From contig JBHLJY010000027.1 of the NCBI GenBank assembly GCA_048887225.1, positions 1 through 29,663 on the forward strand: 29,663 nt of DNA, written 5' to 3'. The DNA comes from Candidatus Hodarchaeota archaeon. GTDB lineage: Archaea; Asgardarchaeota; Lokiarchaeia; Sigyniarchaeales; SOKP01. The first letter of the stretch is position 1. Every line of letters begins with the position of its first letter. The translations under genes were made by a program, and so were the position numbers. Below, one piece after another: positions 1-8,142 of this stretch. The notes below the pieces were generated by a model. That model had not been told where the DNA came from. It was given only the letters and a program-made list of their open reading frames with translations, and did no database searches.

Positions 1-1241
1 GGATCTTCCAAACCAACGCTAAATCTAAAATGTGTATTTGATATATTCATAGACTTTCTCTCCCAAGGAGCTAGATCAACTCCCGTCATAATGCTAGTAT
101 ATTCCATTAAAGATGTTGTATCACCTAAAGATACTCCTACTTTAATTAGATTCAAGAGATCTATGAATTTATAACTGTCGTCGACTGATTTTAATTCAAA
201 TCCAATCATCGCGCCAAAATCTTTCATTTGTTTTTTAGCAATTTCATGACCTGGATGAGATTCTAGCCCAGGGTAAATAACTTCATCAATGTTAGGATGG
301 TTCGCAAGGAATTGAGCAATTTTCATTGCATTTGAACAATGCCTGTTCATCCGCATATTTAAAGTTCTCACACCTCGTAATATTAACCACGCATCAAATG
401 GACTTAGAACTTGTCCTTGAGTCTCTAACCAAAAATAACGGATATTTCTAATTTCATTTTCTGGACCAATTATAGCACCTCCAAGACAGTCCCCGTGTCC
501 ATTTATATATTTTGTTAAACTTTCAACAATTAAATCAGCTCCTAATTCAAGAGGTCGCTGAAGAGCAGGAGAAGCCCATGTATTGTCCACAATACATTTT
601 CCTCCGAATTCATGGACTAAACCTGCACACTCTTGTATATCTAAGATATCTAAAGTAGGATTTGAAGGAGTCTCAATAAAAACTAATTTCGTTTGCTCAT
701 CAATTGCTTTTTCTACAGCTTTAATATCATTCATATTAACTCTACGAAACTCGGTACCCATCTGAGGGTAGATTTTTGTGAATAATCGATATGCCCCTGT
801 ATATTGATTTGTATGGATAACCATATTAGGAACGTTCTCTGGATTTGTCTGAGGGAGTAGATTTCTAATTTTTTTAGGACGTATTCTTTCAATCCTTTTT
901 TGTAGTATACTTGAACAAGCAAGATGAATTGCCGCCATACCTGATGCTACTGAGACTGCTTGTTCACCTCCATGGAGAGTAGCTAATTTCTGATCAAGAG
1001 CAAATAAGGTTGGATTTTCTGTACGTGAGTAAAAATATTGATGTTGCAACATTTCTGTCATTGATGAATAGGTGTATGATTTAGCTGCATAAATAGGTGG
1101 CCGTATACTATGAGAGGTTTCTGGAAATGGATCTTCTCCTGCTCTTAATTGTTGTGTCTCAAATCTCAATTGATCCCATTTTTCCCTATTTTTTTTATAT
1201 CTCTCTTTAGATGTTTCTGGTATTTCTCCTTTTTTTTCCAC
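1..1241 (-). CDS. PLP-dependent trans-sulfuration enzyme (cystathionine gamma-lyase/synthase, methionine gamma-lyase family); C-terminus runs off the window
   Basis: Not in the ORF track because there is no stop in the window. Hand translation from GTG at 1241 (VEKKGEIPE...) is open to base 1 and gives the family motifs YSRTENPT, SGMAAI, ETPSNP, DNTWASP, ESLTKYINGHGD (PLP lysine), VSLGD and FRFSVGLED. An AGGT SD-like sequence lies upstream. Confidence 0.93.
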   Translation of the reverse strand, partial: MEKKGEIPETSKERYKKNREKWDQLRFETQQLRAGEDPFPETSHSIRPPIYAAKSYTYSSMTEMLQHQYFYSRTENPTLFALDQKLATLHGGEQAVSVASGMAAIHLACSSILQKRIERIRPKKIRNLLPQTNPENVPNMVIHTNQYTGAYRLFTKIYPQMGTEFRRVNMNDIKAVEKAIDEQTKLVFIETPSNPTLDILDIQECAGLVHEFGGKCIVDNTWASPALQRPLELGADLIVESLTKYINGHGDCLGGAIIGPENEIRNIRYFWLETQGQVLSPFDAWLILRGVRTLNMRMNRHCSNAMKIAQFLANHPNIDEVIYPGLESHPGHEIAKKQMKDFGAMIGFELKSVDDSYKFIDLLNLIKVGVSLGDTTSLMEYTSIMTGVDLAPWERKSMNISNTHFRFSVGLED

Positions 1242-1293
1242 AATAATTACCTAATTTTTGTTTAATTCAAATATTAAAATCAACATTTATTAT

Positions 1294-2811
1294 TTAATCT
1301 AATCTAATTCCCGAAATGGTTTTTGGTGCTTCTGCTTCGTCCATTCCTTCTGCTTTTCTATAATCTTCTATCGTTCGAGCAGCTACTTTCTTGGTATAAT
1401 CGTTTAATTTTTCTTCAATGTTAGGTTTTAAGCCGGGACCCTTTTGTAAGCTTAGAATTGATTCTACTTCTTCTCTTGCTGTTTCAATAATATCTTTTGC
1501 TCCATTTCTTTGCCAAACACTACGACGATTTCTATCAACTAATTTAGGAACAAAAATCTCTTTCCTTACATTCTTAGCTGTATGTTTTAAAGCAAGATAA
1601 TTTTTTCCTGTAATAGCTATACGTTTAATTTCTTCCAAAGCTAATGTATTATCGTTAACTTGAATACCATCTATTCCACGTTTAACAATATCAATCAACT
1701 CATCATCTATTACAAGTAGCTCCAATGCTTCTGTTAAAGAAGATTCATATGTACCAGCACAGGTGATGTAATTAATCCCCGCTGATGCTGCGCAGAAGAG
1801 AGTCATAAAACGCTCAAATCCATTTTGTAGATCAAAGCATTTTGCTTCTGTTACCGCTCCAGGACCTCGAGAAGGAATATTATAAAACCTAGCTAATTGT
1901 GCTGCACCAGCGGTTATTAAGCCTGTTTCAATAGAACCCCAAGCAACATTTCCTGTTGGAGGGTCCATTGGTGCTGACATTGAAGAATAAAATACTGGCG
2001 TACCTGGATTGATTAATTGTGTCAAAACAATTGAAGAGAGTGTTTCCATATTAGTTTGTACTAACAATCCAGCTAATGTTACAGGCGCCGTTGCACCACC
2101 GCTAGCTGCTGGTGCAATTATTAATGGTTGATTGTATTTTGCAAATATGAACATACCATTTAGTAATAATTGATCAAGGATAAGAGGGCTTGTTGGATTA
2201 AAAAATCCAATTAATCTTGGACGTAGTTTAAGCTCATCATCTCCGCCTACGATGATTGATGTTAAATTCATCATGTCTTGTGATGCAAGTCGACCGAGAC
2301 AACCTAGACCATACGGTTTAGTGCTATGCCTAGCCCATTCTCTTATACAATGGCAGTGTAATTCTAAAAATGGTATATCATTTGGCCATACATCTATGTG
2401 AGAACACATAATATTTTTCAAACTGTCGACAATTCGTATTTGTTTGATTGTATCTTCAAGGACCGATTTTCTTAATCCCTTCTTATTTAATGGATCGTAT
2501 ATTTTAACTGGAGTACCAACAGTAGCGAAATTAACGTCTTCAGTATTTACTTCAAATTTGAAGGATCCATCAGAACCCCATAGTGAGAATTTGTTAGGTA
2601 CAAGTTTAAGATTTTCTCTAACAAGATCTTCGGGAAATTTCACAAAATTTTCATTATCGTCTTCATTGACAATTGCTCCATGTTCTTTCAATAACTCCCT
2701 AGCTTCATTGGTTTGAATCTTCACACCTATGGTTTCTAATAATTCCAAAGTTGAGCTATGTATTTGTTGAATTTCATCTTTTCCCAAAACTTCAAATTTT
2801 GTTAACTTCAT
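1294..2811 (-). CDS. MttB-superfamily corrinoid methyltransferase, non-pyrrolysine type
   Basis: 505 aa with the typical MttB N-terminus (IQQIHSSTLELLETIGV), SGGATAPVTLAGLLVQTNME and GSIETGL. IPSRGPGAVTEAK has Val at the position matching Pyl. There is no in-frame TAG. Confidence 0.92.
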   Translation of the reverse strand: MKLTKFEVLGKDEIQQIHSSTLELLETIGVKIQTNEARELLKEHGAIVNEDDNENFVKFPEDLVRENLKLVPNKFSLWGSDGSFKFEVNTEDVNFATVGTPVKIYDPLNKKGLRKSVLEDTIKQIRIVDSLKNIMCSHIDVWPNDIPFLELHCHCIREWARHSTKPYGLGCLGRLASQDMMNLTSIIVGGDDELKLRPRLIGFFNPTSPLILDQLLLNGMFIFAKYNQPLIIAPAASGGATAPVTLAGLLVQTNMETLSSIVLTQLINPGTPVFYSSMSAPMDPPTGNVAWGSIETGLITAGAAQLARFYNIPSRGPGAVTEAKCFDLQNGFERFMTLFCAASAGINYITCAGTYESSLTEALELLVIDDELIDIVKRGIDGIQVNDNTLALEEIKRIAITGKNYLALKHTAKNVRKEIFVPKLVDRNRRSVWQRNGAKDIIETAREEVESILSLQKGPGLKPNIEEKLNDYTKKVAARTIEDYRKAEGMDEAEAPKTISGIRLD

Positions 2812-2822
2812 TGTAAAGTCAT

Positions 2823-2843
2823 AACTTATGTTACAAATAAGTT
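2823..2843. promoter_or_regulatory. Possible operator: 7-7-7 inverted repeat between the divergent mttB and corrinoid genes
   Basis: AACTTAT-gttacaa-ATAAGTT is a perfect inverted repeat in the 100-bp divergent intergenic region. The AT-rich context weakens its significance. Confidence 0.3.
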
Positions 2844-2911
2844 TTATTACGAATAATAGTTAATAGTTATTATAATAAGATTCAGTAAAATCTCACAAAA
2901 TTGTATTAACT

Positions 2912-3556
2912 ATGACGTTAGAGGATGATTTGAAAGAAGCCATCTTAGAATGGGATGAGGACGGTTTAAGGGATTTATGTAACACTTCAATGCAAAATAA
3001 AAAAAAAACACCAGCAGAATTGCTAAAAATAATAGGAGATGTTATGCGATATATTGGAGAATTATTTGAAAAAGAAGAAATTTTTCTGCCTGATTTGATT
3101 GGCTCAGCTGAGACTGTCAAAACTATAATAGATGGGATATTAGATCCTGCAATAAGAGCATCAGGCGAAAAGAAAGAAACTCGTGGTAAAGTAGTGATAG
3201 GCACTGTTGAGAGTGATGTTCACAGTATTGGAAAAGATCTAGTGGCATCTTTCCTTTTTTCTAATGGATATGAAGTATATAACTTAGGTGTTGAGGTACC
3301 CGCCTTAAAATTTATTGAAAAGGCTGAAGAAGTAGAAGCTCAAGTTATTGCTATGTCATCACTTCTAACTATGTCGATGGATTTCCAAAGAGAATTAATA
3401 GCAGAATTAGAAAAACAAGGTTTACGTAATAAATATAAAGTAATTGTAGGGGGCAGCCCTACTTCAGAAGATTGGTCTGAACAAATTGGAGCCGATGGTT
3501 GGGCAGACGATGCCATTGAGGCTGTCAATCTTGTAAATAAAATACTTTCTAAATAA
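2912..3556 (+). CDS. Corrinoid (B12-binding) methyl-acceptor protein, MttC/MtbC-like
   Basis: 214 aa with an N-terminal cap domain (IFLPDLIGSAE), the DxHxxG motif (GTVESDVHSIGKDLV), SSLLT, KVIVGG and IGADGWADDA. Confidence 0.95.
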   Translation: MTLEDDLKEAILEWDEDGLRDLCNTSMQNKKKTPAELLKIIGDVMRYIGELFEKEEIFLPDLIGSAETVKTIIDGILDPAIRASGEKKETRGKVVIGTVESDVHSIGKDLVASFLFSNGYEVYNLGVEVPALKFIEKAEEVEAQVIAMSSLLTMSMDFQRELIAELEKQGLRNKYKVIVGGSPTSEDWSEQIGADGWADDAIEAVNLVNKILSK

Positions 3557-3578
3557 TATAAAGGAGGTTTATTTCTTT

Positions 3579-5105
3579 ATGAAAATGAAAAATATTGAAT
3601 TTCTCTCTAAAGATGAAATCGAAAATATTCATTCAGCAACTTTAGAATTATTGTCAACCGTAGGCATTAAAATAGATGATGAAGAAGTTCGAACCCTTTT
3701 CAGCGAAAATGGTGCAGAAGTAGAACACGATACGAATTTTGTTAGAATTCCTGAAGATCTAATAAAGCAACAATTAAAAACTGTTCCAAATTCATTTAAA
3801 CTATACGGACGTGATGGGTCATTTAATTTTGAAGTAAACACCTATAGTACTAAATTCGCAACAATAGGTACGCCAGTGAAAATGTATGACCCAAATCATA
3901 AAAAGGGGATAAGAAAAACCACATTAGAAGACAATATTAAACAAATCCGGGTAGTGGATAGTTTAGAACATATTAATAATTCGCATGTTGATGTCTGGCC
4001 TGGCGATATTAAATTTACTACTGTGCATGTACATTGTATCTATCAGTGGGCCAAAAATACACGTAAACCATATGGACTCGGTTGTTTAGGCAAGATTGCG
4101 AGCCAAGATATGATAGATATGATGTCAATTATTGTCGGGGGTGATGATGAATTAATTAAAAATCCTCGCTTGGTAGGATTTATGAATCCAACTAGTCCAT
4201 TGCATCTACCTAAAATCATGACAAATGGCTTTAAAATATTTAATAAATATAAACAACCAGTAATAATCGCTCCAGAGGCACTTGCAGGTACTTCTGCTCC
4301 AGTTACCTTAGCAGGATTATTAACTCAGACAAACGCAGAAATCTTAGCAAGCGTGATTTTATCGCAGTTAAATAATCCGGGAGCGCCTGTATTTTTTGCT
4401 ACAGTCTCTCATGTAACTGATATGCGCTCAGGAAATGATGCCTTAGGAGGTGTTGAGACGGGACTCATTACGGCAGGGATTGCTCAGTTAGCACGATTTT
4501 ATAATATTCCTTCAAGAGGACCAGGAGGAGTTACTGATTCAAAATGTTTTGACCTTCAAAACGGTTTTGAGCGATATCAAACATTGATGTTGGCAGCACA
4601 AGCAGGAATAAATTACATTACGTGTGCTGGGACTTATGAAGCTACTTTATTAGAAGCACTTGAACTTCTTGTATTAGATGATGAATTAGCAGGAATGGTA
4701 TTAAGAGCACTTGAAGGTATTAATGTAAATGAAGACACTATAGGATTGGGAGTCATTAAAAAAATCGCGACAAGCACTAAAAAGGGCGTAACTTTCCTTG
4801 GAGAAAAGCACACACGTGAGTATATGAGAAAAGAATTATATATACCAAAACTCGTTAATAGATATAGACGAAGTACTTGGCGCAAGAAGGGATCTAAAGA
4901 TATCATCGCCGTAGCAACGGAAAAAGTAGAAGAAATCCTTAGAAATTTTACCGAATATGAGTTGCCAGCAGAAATAGATGCAAAATTAAAAGCTTTGATA
5001 AAAAAAGTGGATGAAAGAACCTTTGATTTCTACAAAAAAGCAGAAGGTATAACTGCTGATAGCATTACCATTGATAGCATTGAATTTAAAGGAGAAAATA
5101 GTTAA
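3579..5105 (+). CDS. MttB-superfamily corrinoid methyltransferase, non-pyrrolysine type (paralog of 1294..2811)
   Basis: 508 aa, preceded by SD AGGAGG. It shares long identical blocks with the first copy (APVTLAGLL, QLARFYNIPSRGPG, KCFDLQNGFER, AGINYITCAGTYE) and has Val at the Pyl position. Confidence 0.93.
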   Translation: MKMKNIEFLSKDEIENIHSATLELLSTVGIKIDDEEVRTLFSENGAEVEHDTNFVRIPEDLIKQQLKTVPNSFKLYGRDGSFNFEVNTYSTKFATIGTPVKMYDPNHKKGIRKTTLEDNIKQIRVVDSLEHINNSHVDVWPGDIKFTTVHVHCIYQWAKNTRKPYGLGCLGKIASQDMIDMMSIIVGGDDELIKNPRLVGFMNPTSPLHLPKIMTNGFKIFNKYKQPVIIAPEALAGTSAPVTLAGLLTQTNAEILASVILSQLNNPGAPVFFATVSHVTDMRSGNDALGGVETGLITAGIAQLARFYNIPSRGPGGVTDSKCFDLQNGFERYQTLMLAAQAGINYITCAGTYEATLLEALELLVLDDELAGMVLRALEGINVNEDTIGLGVIKKIATSTKKGVTFLGEKHTREYMRKELYIPKLVNRYRRSTWRKKGSKDIIAVATEKVEEILRNFTEYELPAEIDAKLKALIKKVDERTFDFYKKAEGITADSITIDSIEFKGENS

Positions 5106-5281
5106 TTTGAATCAGACTCGATTTCATCATTATGAATACGATGAATTTCTGAAGGTTTTGCTCCACAAAAGGCTTGGAACTTAAAAAAATTTACATCTTT
5201 CTGACACGATGGACAGTGATAAATACCAGGATCTTTATTTTCAAAAATATAATAGCATTCCTTACAAATTGCGTATTTCAT
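5102..5281 (-). CDS. 59-aa zinc-ribbon-like microprotein (CxxC-x13-CxxC-x12-C)
   Basis: Hand translation: MKYAICKECYYIFENKDPGIYHCPSCQKDVNFFKFQAFCGAKPSEIHRIHNDEIESDSN. It is just under the 60-aa ORF-track minimum. Its stop overlaps the convergent mttB stop, a TATA-like TTATTAAA lies about 22 nt upstream, and it is paralogous to 6089..6202. Confidence 0.8.
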   Translation of the reverse strand: MKYAICKECYYIFENKDPGIYHCPSCQKDVNFFKFQAFCGAKPSEIHRIHNDEIESDSN

Positions 5282-5400
5282 GATTAAAGAATGGAATTAG
5301 AGTTTTAATAATTTGATTTGATGATTTAAAAGAAATTTTCAATTTTTAGTGGCATTTAATAAATTATTTTAAGAAAAATTATACTATCCATAAATATTAT

Positions 5401-5415
5401 AAAAAATTGAAAAAA
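5401..5415 (-). terminator. Possible archaeal oligo-T terminator after the SECIS
   Basis: The minus strand reads TTTTTTCAATTTTTT at the 3' end of the SECIS hairpin. Confidence 0.35.
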
Positions 5416-5484
5416 CCCAGTACCGTTGCGAGGCAGTCATCGGGCGTCTCATTTTTTTACGCACGATTCATTCTTTTCTGGATT
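5414..5484 (-). promoter_or_regulatory. SECIS-like element (eukaryote/Asgard type) in the 3' UTR of the selenoprotein gene
   Basis: Minus-strand RNA: AAUCCAG aaaaga AUGAA UCGUGCGU AAAAAAAUGAG ACGCCCGA UGAC ugccucgcaacggua CUGGGUU. It has a 7-bp helix I, an AUGA.../..GA tandem-GA core, an 8-position helix II (7 pairs plus one U-C mismatch) and an A-rich apical loop. It starts 5 nt after the stop of a gene with an in-frame TGA and is a GC-rich island in AT-rich DNA. Confidence 0.82.
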
Positions 5485-5489
5485 TAAAG

Positions 5490-6008
5490 CTATAATTTTT
5501 TTTCGATTGCATCGATTAATGATTCTATTGGAGGTCTATCTTCTTTATTTCCTATATATTGCCACACAACGATTCCCTCCTTATTAATTAGGAATTTAGA
5601 TGGAATTGCGTGGTTTACCTGAAATTGATCGTGGTCAGGATGTTCTTCCGTTAAATATACATTATAGGATTTTGTAATCTTAGCACCTCGATCTGCTATA
5701 AATTGAAAAGGAATTTCATATCTCTCATGCAATATTTTTAATTTTCTTGGACTATCAACAGCGATTGAAATTAATTTTACATCGCGCTTTTCCAATTCAT
5801 TAAAATTTGGTATTAAAACACTCTTAAAATGTTTTTTACAATGCGCTCACCAATTTCCCCTAAAAAAGTCTATTAACACTCCTCTATGATTTTTAAGTAA
5901 ATTTGATAGACTTATTTCGTTTTTATCGATGTCTAAAGTTTCAAAATTTGGTGCTTTAGTTCCTATTGTGAGTCCCTTTTTTGGAGTTGAAATATGTTCT
6001 TCGGTCAT
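5490..6008 (-). CDS. Peroxiredoxin-like (AhpC/TSA, thioredoxin-fold) selenoprotein with a UxxC motif, 172 aa
   Basis: The ORF-track entry 5490..5795 is only the C-terminal part. The frame extends to ATG 6008 through a single TGA (5849..5847, codon 54): MTEEHISTPKKGLTIGTKAPNFETLDID...VLIDFFRGNW-U-AHCKKH. The TGA occupies the first Cys position of the FxRGxWCxxC redox motif, and the N-terminus (LTIGTKAPNF) is typical of AhpC/TSA proteins. Confidence 0.92.
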
Positions 6009-6088
6009 TAATCAACATATACATCTTAAGAAATTTAAAGAATATGACTATAAATTGTTAAAAATTCTTTTAATCATTAGTAAAGCTT

Positions 6089-6202
6089 CTAACATTTAAA
6101 AGTGAATTCAAAAAAATAAGTAATTTTTTTACACTGAGAGCAATAATAATATCCATCTTTATCATGGTTTAATAAAAATCCACATTTTTGACATACAATC
6201 AT
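6089..6202 (-). CDS. 37-aa zinc-ribbon-like microprotein (CxxC-x13-CxxC-x12-C)
   Basis: Hand translation: MIVCQKCGFLLNHDKDGYYYCSQCKKITYFFEFTFKC*. GAGG SD lies 4 nt before the ATG. Cys spacing is identical to 5102..5281 and the GxYxC and FFxF motifs are shared. Confidence 0.78.
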   Translation of the reverse strand: MIVCQKCGFLLNHDKDGYYYCSQCKKITYFFEFTFKC

Positions 6203-6452
6203 AATTCCTCGAAAAATAGATATTTTTCAATCATTTAAATGTTAATCTTATATTTTTAAGATTAGACTATAGAATTTTTTTATACTTTTTTCCTATAGTT
6301 TTCCTAAACAATATGGTAAGAATGATTAATAGCTTAAAACATGGTTTTTATAAGAGTTAACTTTATTATCAATGTCATTTTATGAATTATTTACATTATC
6401 ATAACTAAATGAAGTAGAAATAATTACTGTTTTGTAAAAGAACATATAATAG

Positions 6453-6938
6453 GTGACTAAATTTATTCAAACTACTGATTCTGATATTAATAAAAGAAAT
6501 CTTAGAGCTATCGAATTATTAAAAGAAACTAAATTGCTAAATATTGCTAGATTAGCAAAAATGCTTGTTGATTTATTTGGTATAGATGATCAATTCCAGA
6601 AAATGAAGAAATACGAGGGGAAAGAAGTAGAACTCGTTTTTCCTCATTACGATGGAAGTATTACTTTTATCCTCACATCAGATAGAAAAAAATTTGATTG
6701 CCGACTTGGCAAAGCTGATAATACTGCCTCTAAAATTACATTAAAACTAAAGGAAGATGATATTCTTAAGGTTTTAAGTAAAATTATTCGCTCGAAAGAT
6801 AACATATTTGGACTCCTAAAAGTAGGGAAATTATATATTCTTGGAAAAGTTAAAATTAATGGATCCTTACGTAGTGCCATAGCATTAACTAAATGTTTAA
6901 TGATTGGAAAGCACGAAATCTATAAAAATAAGAAATAA
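6453..6938 (+). CDS. SCP2 (sterol carrier protein-2)-like lipid/acyl-CoA-binding protein
   Basis: 161 aa. The C-terminal LYILGKVKINGSLRSAIAL resembles the SCP2 signature (GKLKIxGDxxxAxxL) and is preceded by GKADNTASKITL. The start codon (GTG) is uncertain. Confidence 0.6.
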   Translation: MTKFIQTTDSDINKRNLRAIELLKETKLLNIARLAKMLVDLFGIDDQFQKMKKYEGKEVELVFPHYDGSITFILTSDRKKFDCRLGKADNTASKITLKLKEDDILKVLSKIIRSKDNIFGLLKVGKLYILGKVKINGSLRSAIALTKCLMIGKHEIYKNKK

Positions 6939-6949
6939 GGCGTTATAAT

Positions 6950-8101
6950 ATGAGTTTGCGAAATGATCCGTTTCTTAATATTTCTAATTCAATTATGAAT
7001 CCCTACATTGAGGATTGGCAGAATAACAATAAAAAAGTAATTGGTTTTTATTGTACATATATCCCAGAAGAACTATTACATGCAGCCAATTTTCTTACTT
7101 TTAGAATTAGAGCAACTGGACATAAAGCCACTGATTTAGCTGATATTTATATGGTACGCTTTACTTGTTCGTTTGTCAGAGCTACTTTAGATCTGGCATT
7201 AAAAGGTAATTACGATTTTTTAGATAGCCTTTTGATATGCAATTCTTGTGATCATTCTCGTCGTATGTTTGAATTATTCGATTTAAAAATTTTTAAAAGA
7301 GAAGGCTTTGAAAAGGATGTTCCCAAATTTTATGTAGCCATGCCTCATATTGTGTCAAATGAAGGATTTGATTGGTATCAAAACGAGATTAAGGAATTGA
7401 AAGAAGAATTAGAAAAAAGTTATATTAGTAATAAAATAACTAATGAAGATTTGATTAATTCAATAGAAATTTACAATAAAAATAGAAGTTTGTTGAGAGA
7501 ACTCCACGAATTAAGGATTCAAAATATACCCAAAATTACTGGAAGTGAAGCCTTACAAATATCTATGGCAAATAGCTCGGTTCCAAAAGATATTGCAAAT
7601 CAAGAATTAAATCGAATTCTAGATTTGTTAAAAGACAGCGAAGGAATAAAAACAAATGCAAAAAGAATTATGCTCGTTGGAAGTGAAGTAGACGACACAG
7701 AATTTACTAAATTAGTTGAAGATTCTGGTGCTTTCATAGTTTCTGATTTCTTATGTTTTGGAACTCGAAATTTTTTAGATGATGTAAAGTTAAAAAATGG
7801 AGAAAATCCTTTAGAAAGCATATGTAAGCGCTTATATTATAGGATTTCTTGTCCTAGAATGATGGATGATCACCCAAGACGATTGGATTTTCTAAAAAAA
7901 GAAATCAAGAGAGCAAAAATAGATGGGGTCATTCTACAGAGAATTAATAATTGCGATTTATCTGGATGTGAAAATATGTATTTAGAACATGAATTTAAAG
8001 AATTAGATATACCGGCTCTCAATGTTGATCGAGAATTTTATCAAGCAGATACTACTAGATTACAAACTAGAATCGAGGCTTTCTTGGAAATGATCTCGTA
8101 G
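6950..8101 (+). CDS. 2-hydroxyacyl-CoA dehydratase/benzoyl-CoA reductase family subunit (HgdB/FldC/BcrC-like), copy 1
   Basis: 383 aa with YCTYIPEELLHAA, CSF, CDHSRR, SCPRM, CD and the C-terminal TRIEAFLEM (HGD-D family). Confidence 0.9.
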   Translation: MSLRNDPFLNISNSIMNPYIEDWQNNNKKVIGFYCTYIPEELLHAANFLTFRIRATGHKATDLADIYMVRFTCSFVRATLDLALKGNYDFLDSLLICNSCDHSRRMFELFDLKIFKREGFEKDVPKFYVAMPHIVSNEGFDWYQNEIKELKEELEKSYISNKITNEDLINSIEIYNKNRSLLRELHELRIQNIPKITGSEALQISMANSSVPKDIANQELNRILDLLKDSEGIKTNAKRIMLVGSEVDDTEFTKLVEDSGAFIVSDFLCFGTRNFLDDVKLKNGENPLESICKRLYYRISCPRMMDDHPRRLDFLKKEIKRAKIDGVILQRINNCDLSGCENMYLEHEFKELDIPALNVDREFYQADTTRLQTRIEAFLEMIS

Positions 8102-8142
8102 AATTTATTATTATAAGGATATGACAAAAGAAGTGAAGAAAA

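Noticed and set aside
1294-5105. Pyrrolysine-containing trimethylamine methyltransferases
   Set aside because: Both ORFs are uninterrupted and have Val at the Pyl-equivalent site.
5490-5795. 101-aa stand-alone ORF or Prx pseudogene
   Set aside because: It is the C-terminal part of a 172-aa frame whose only interruption is a TGA at the catalytic Cys position, with a SECIS-like element downstream.
6077-6091. TAG readthrough extending the 37-aa microprotein
   Set aside because: Only three codons follow before TAA, and they do not resemble the tail of the 59-aa paralog.
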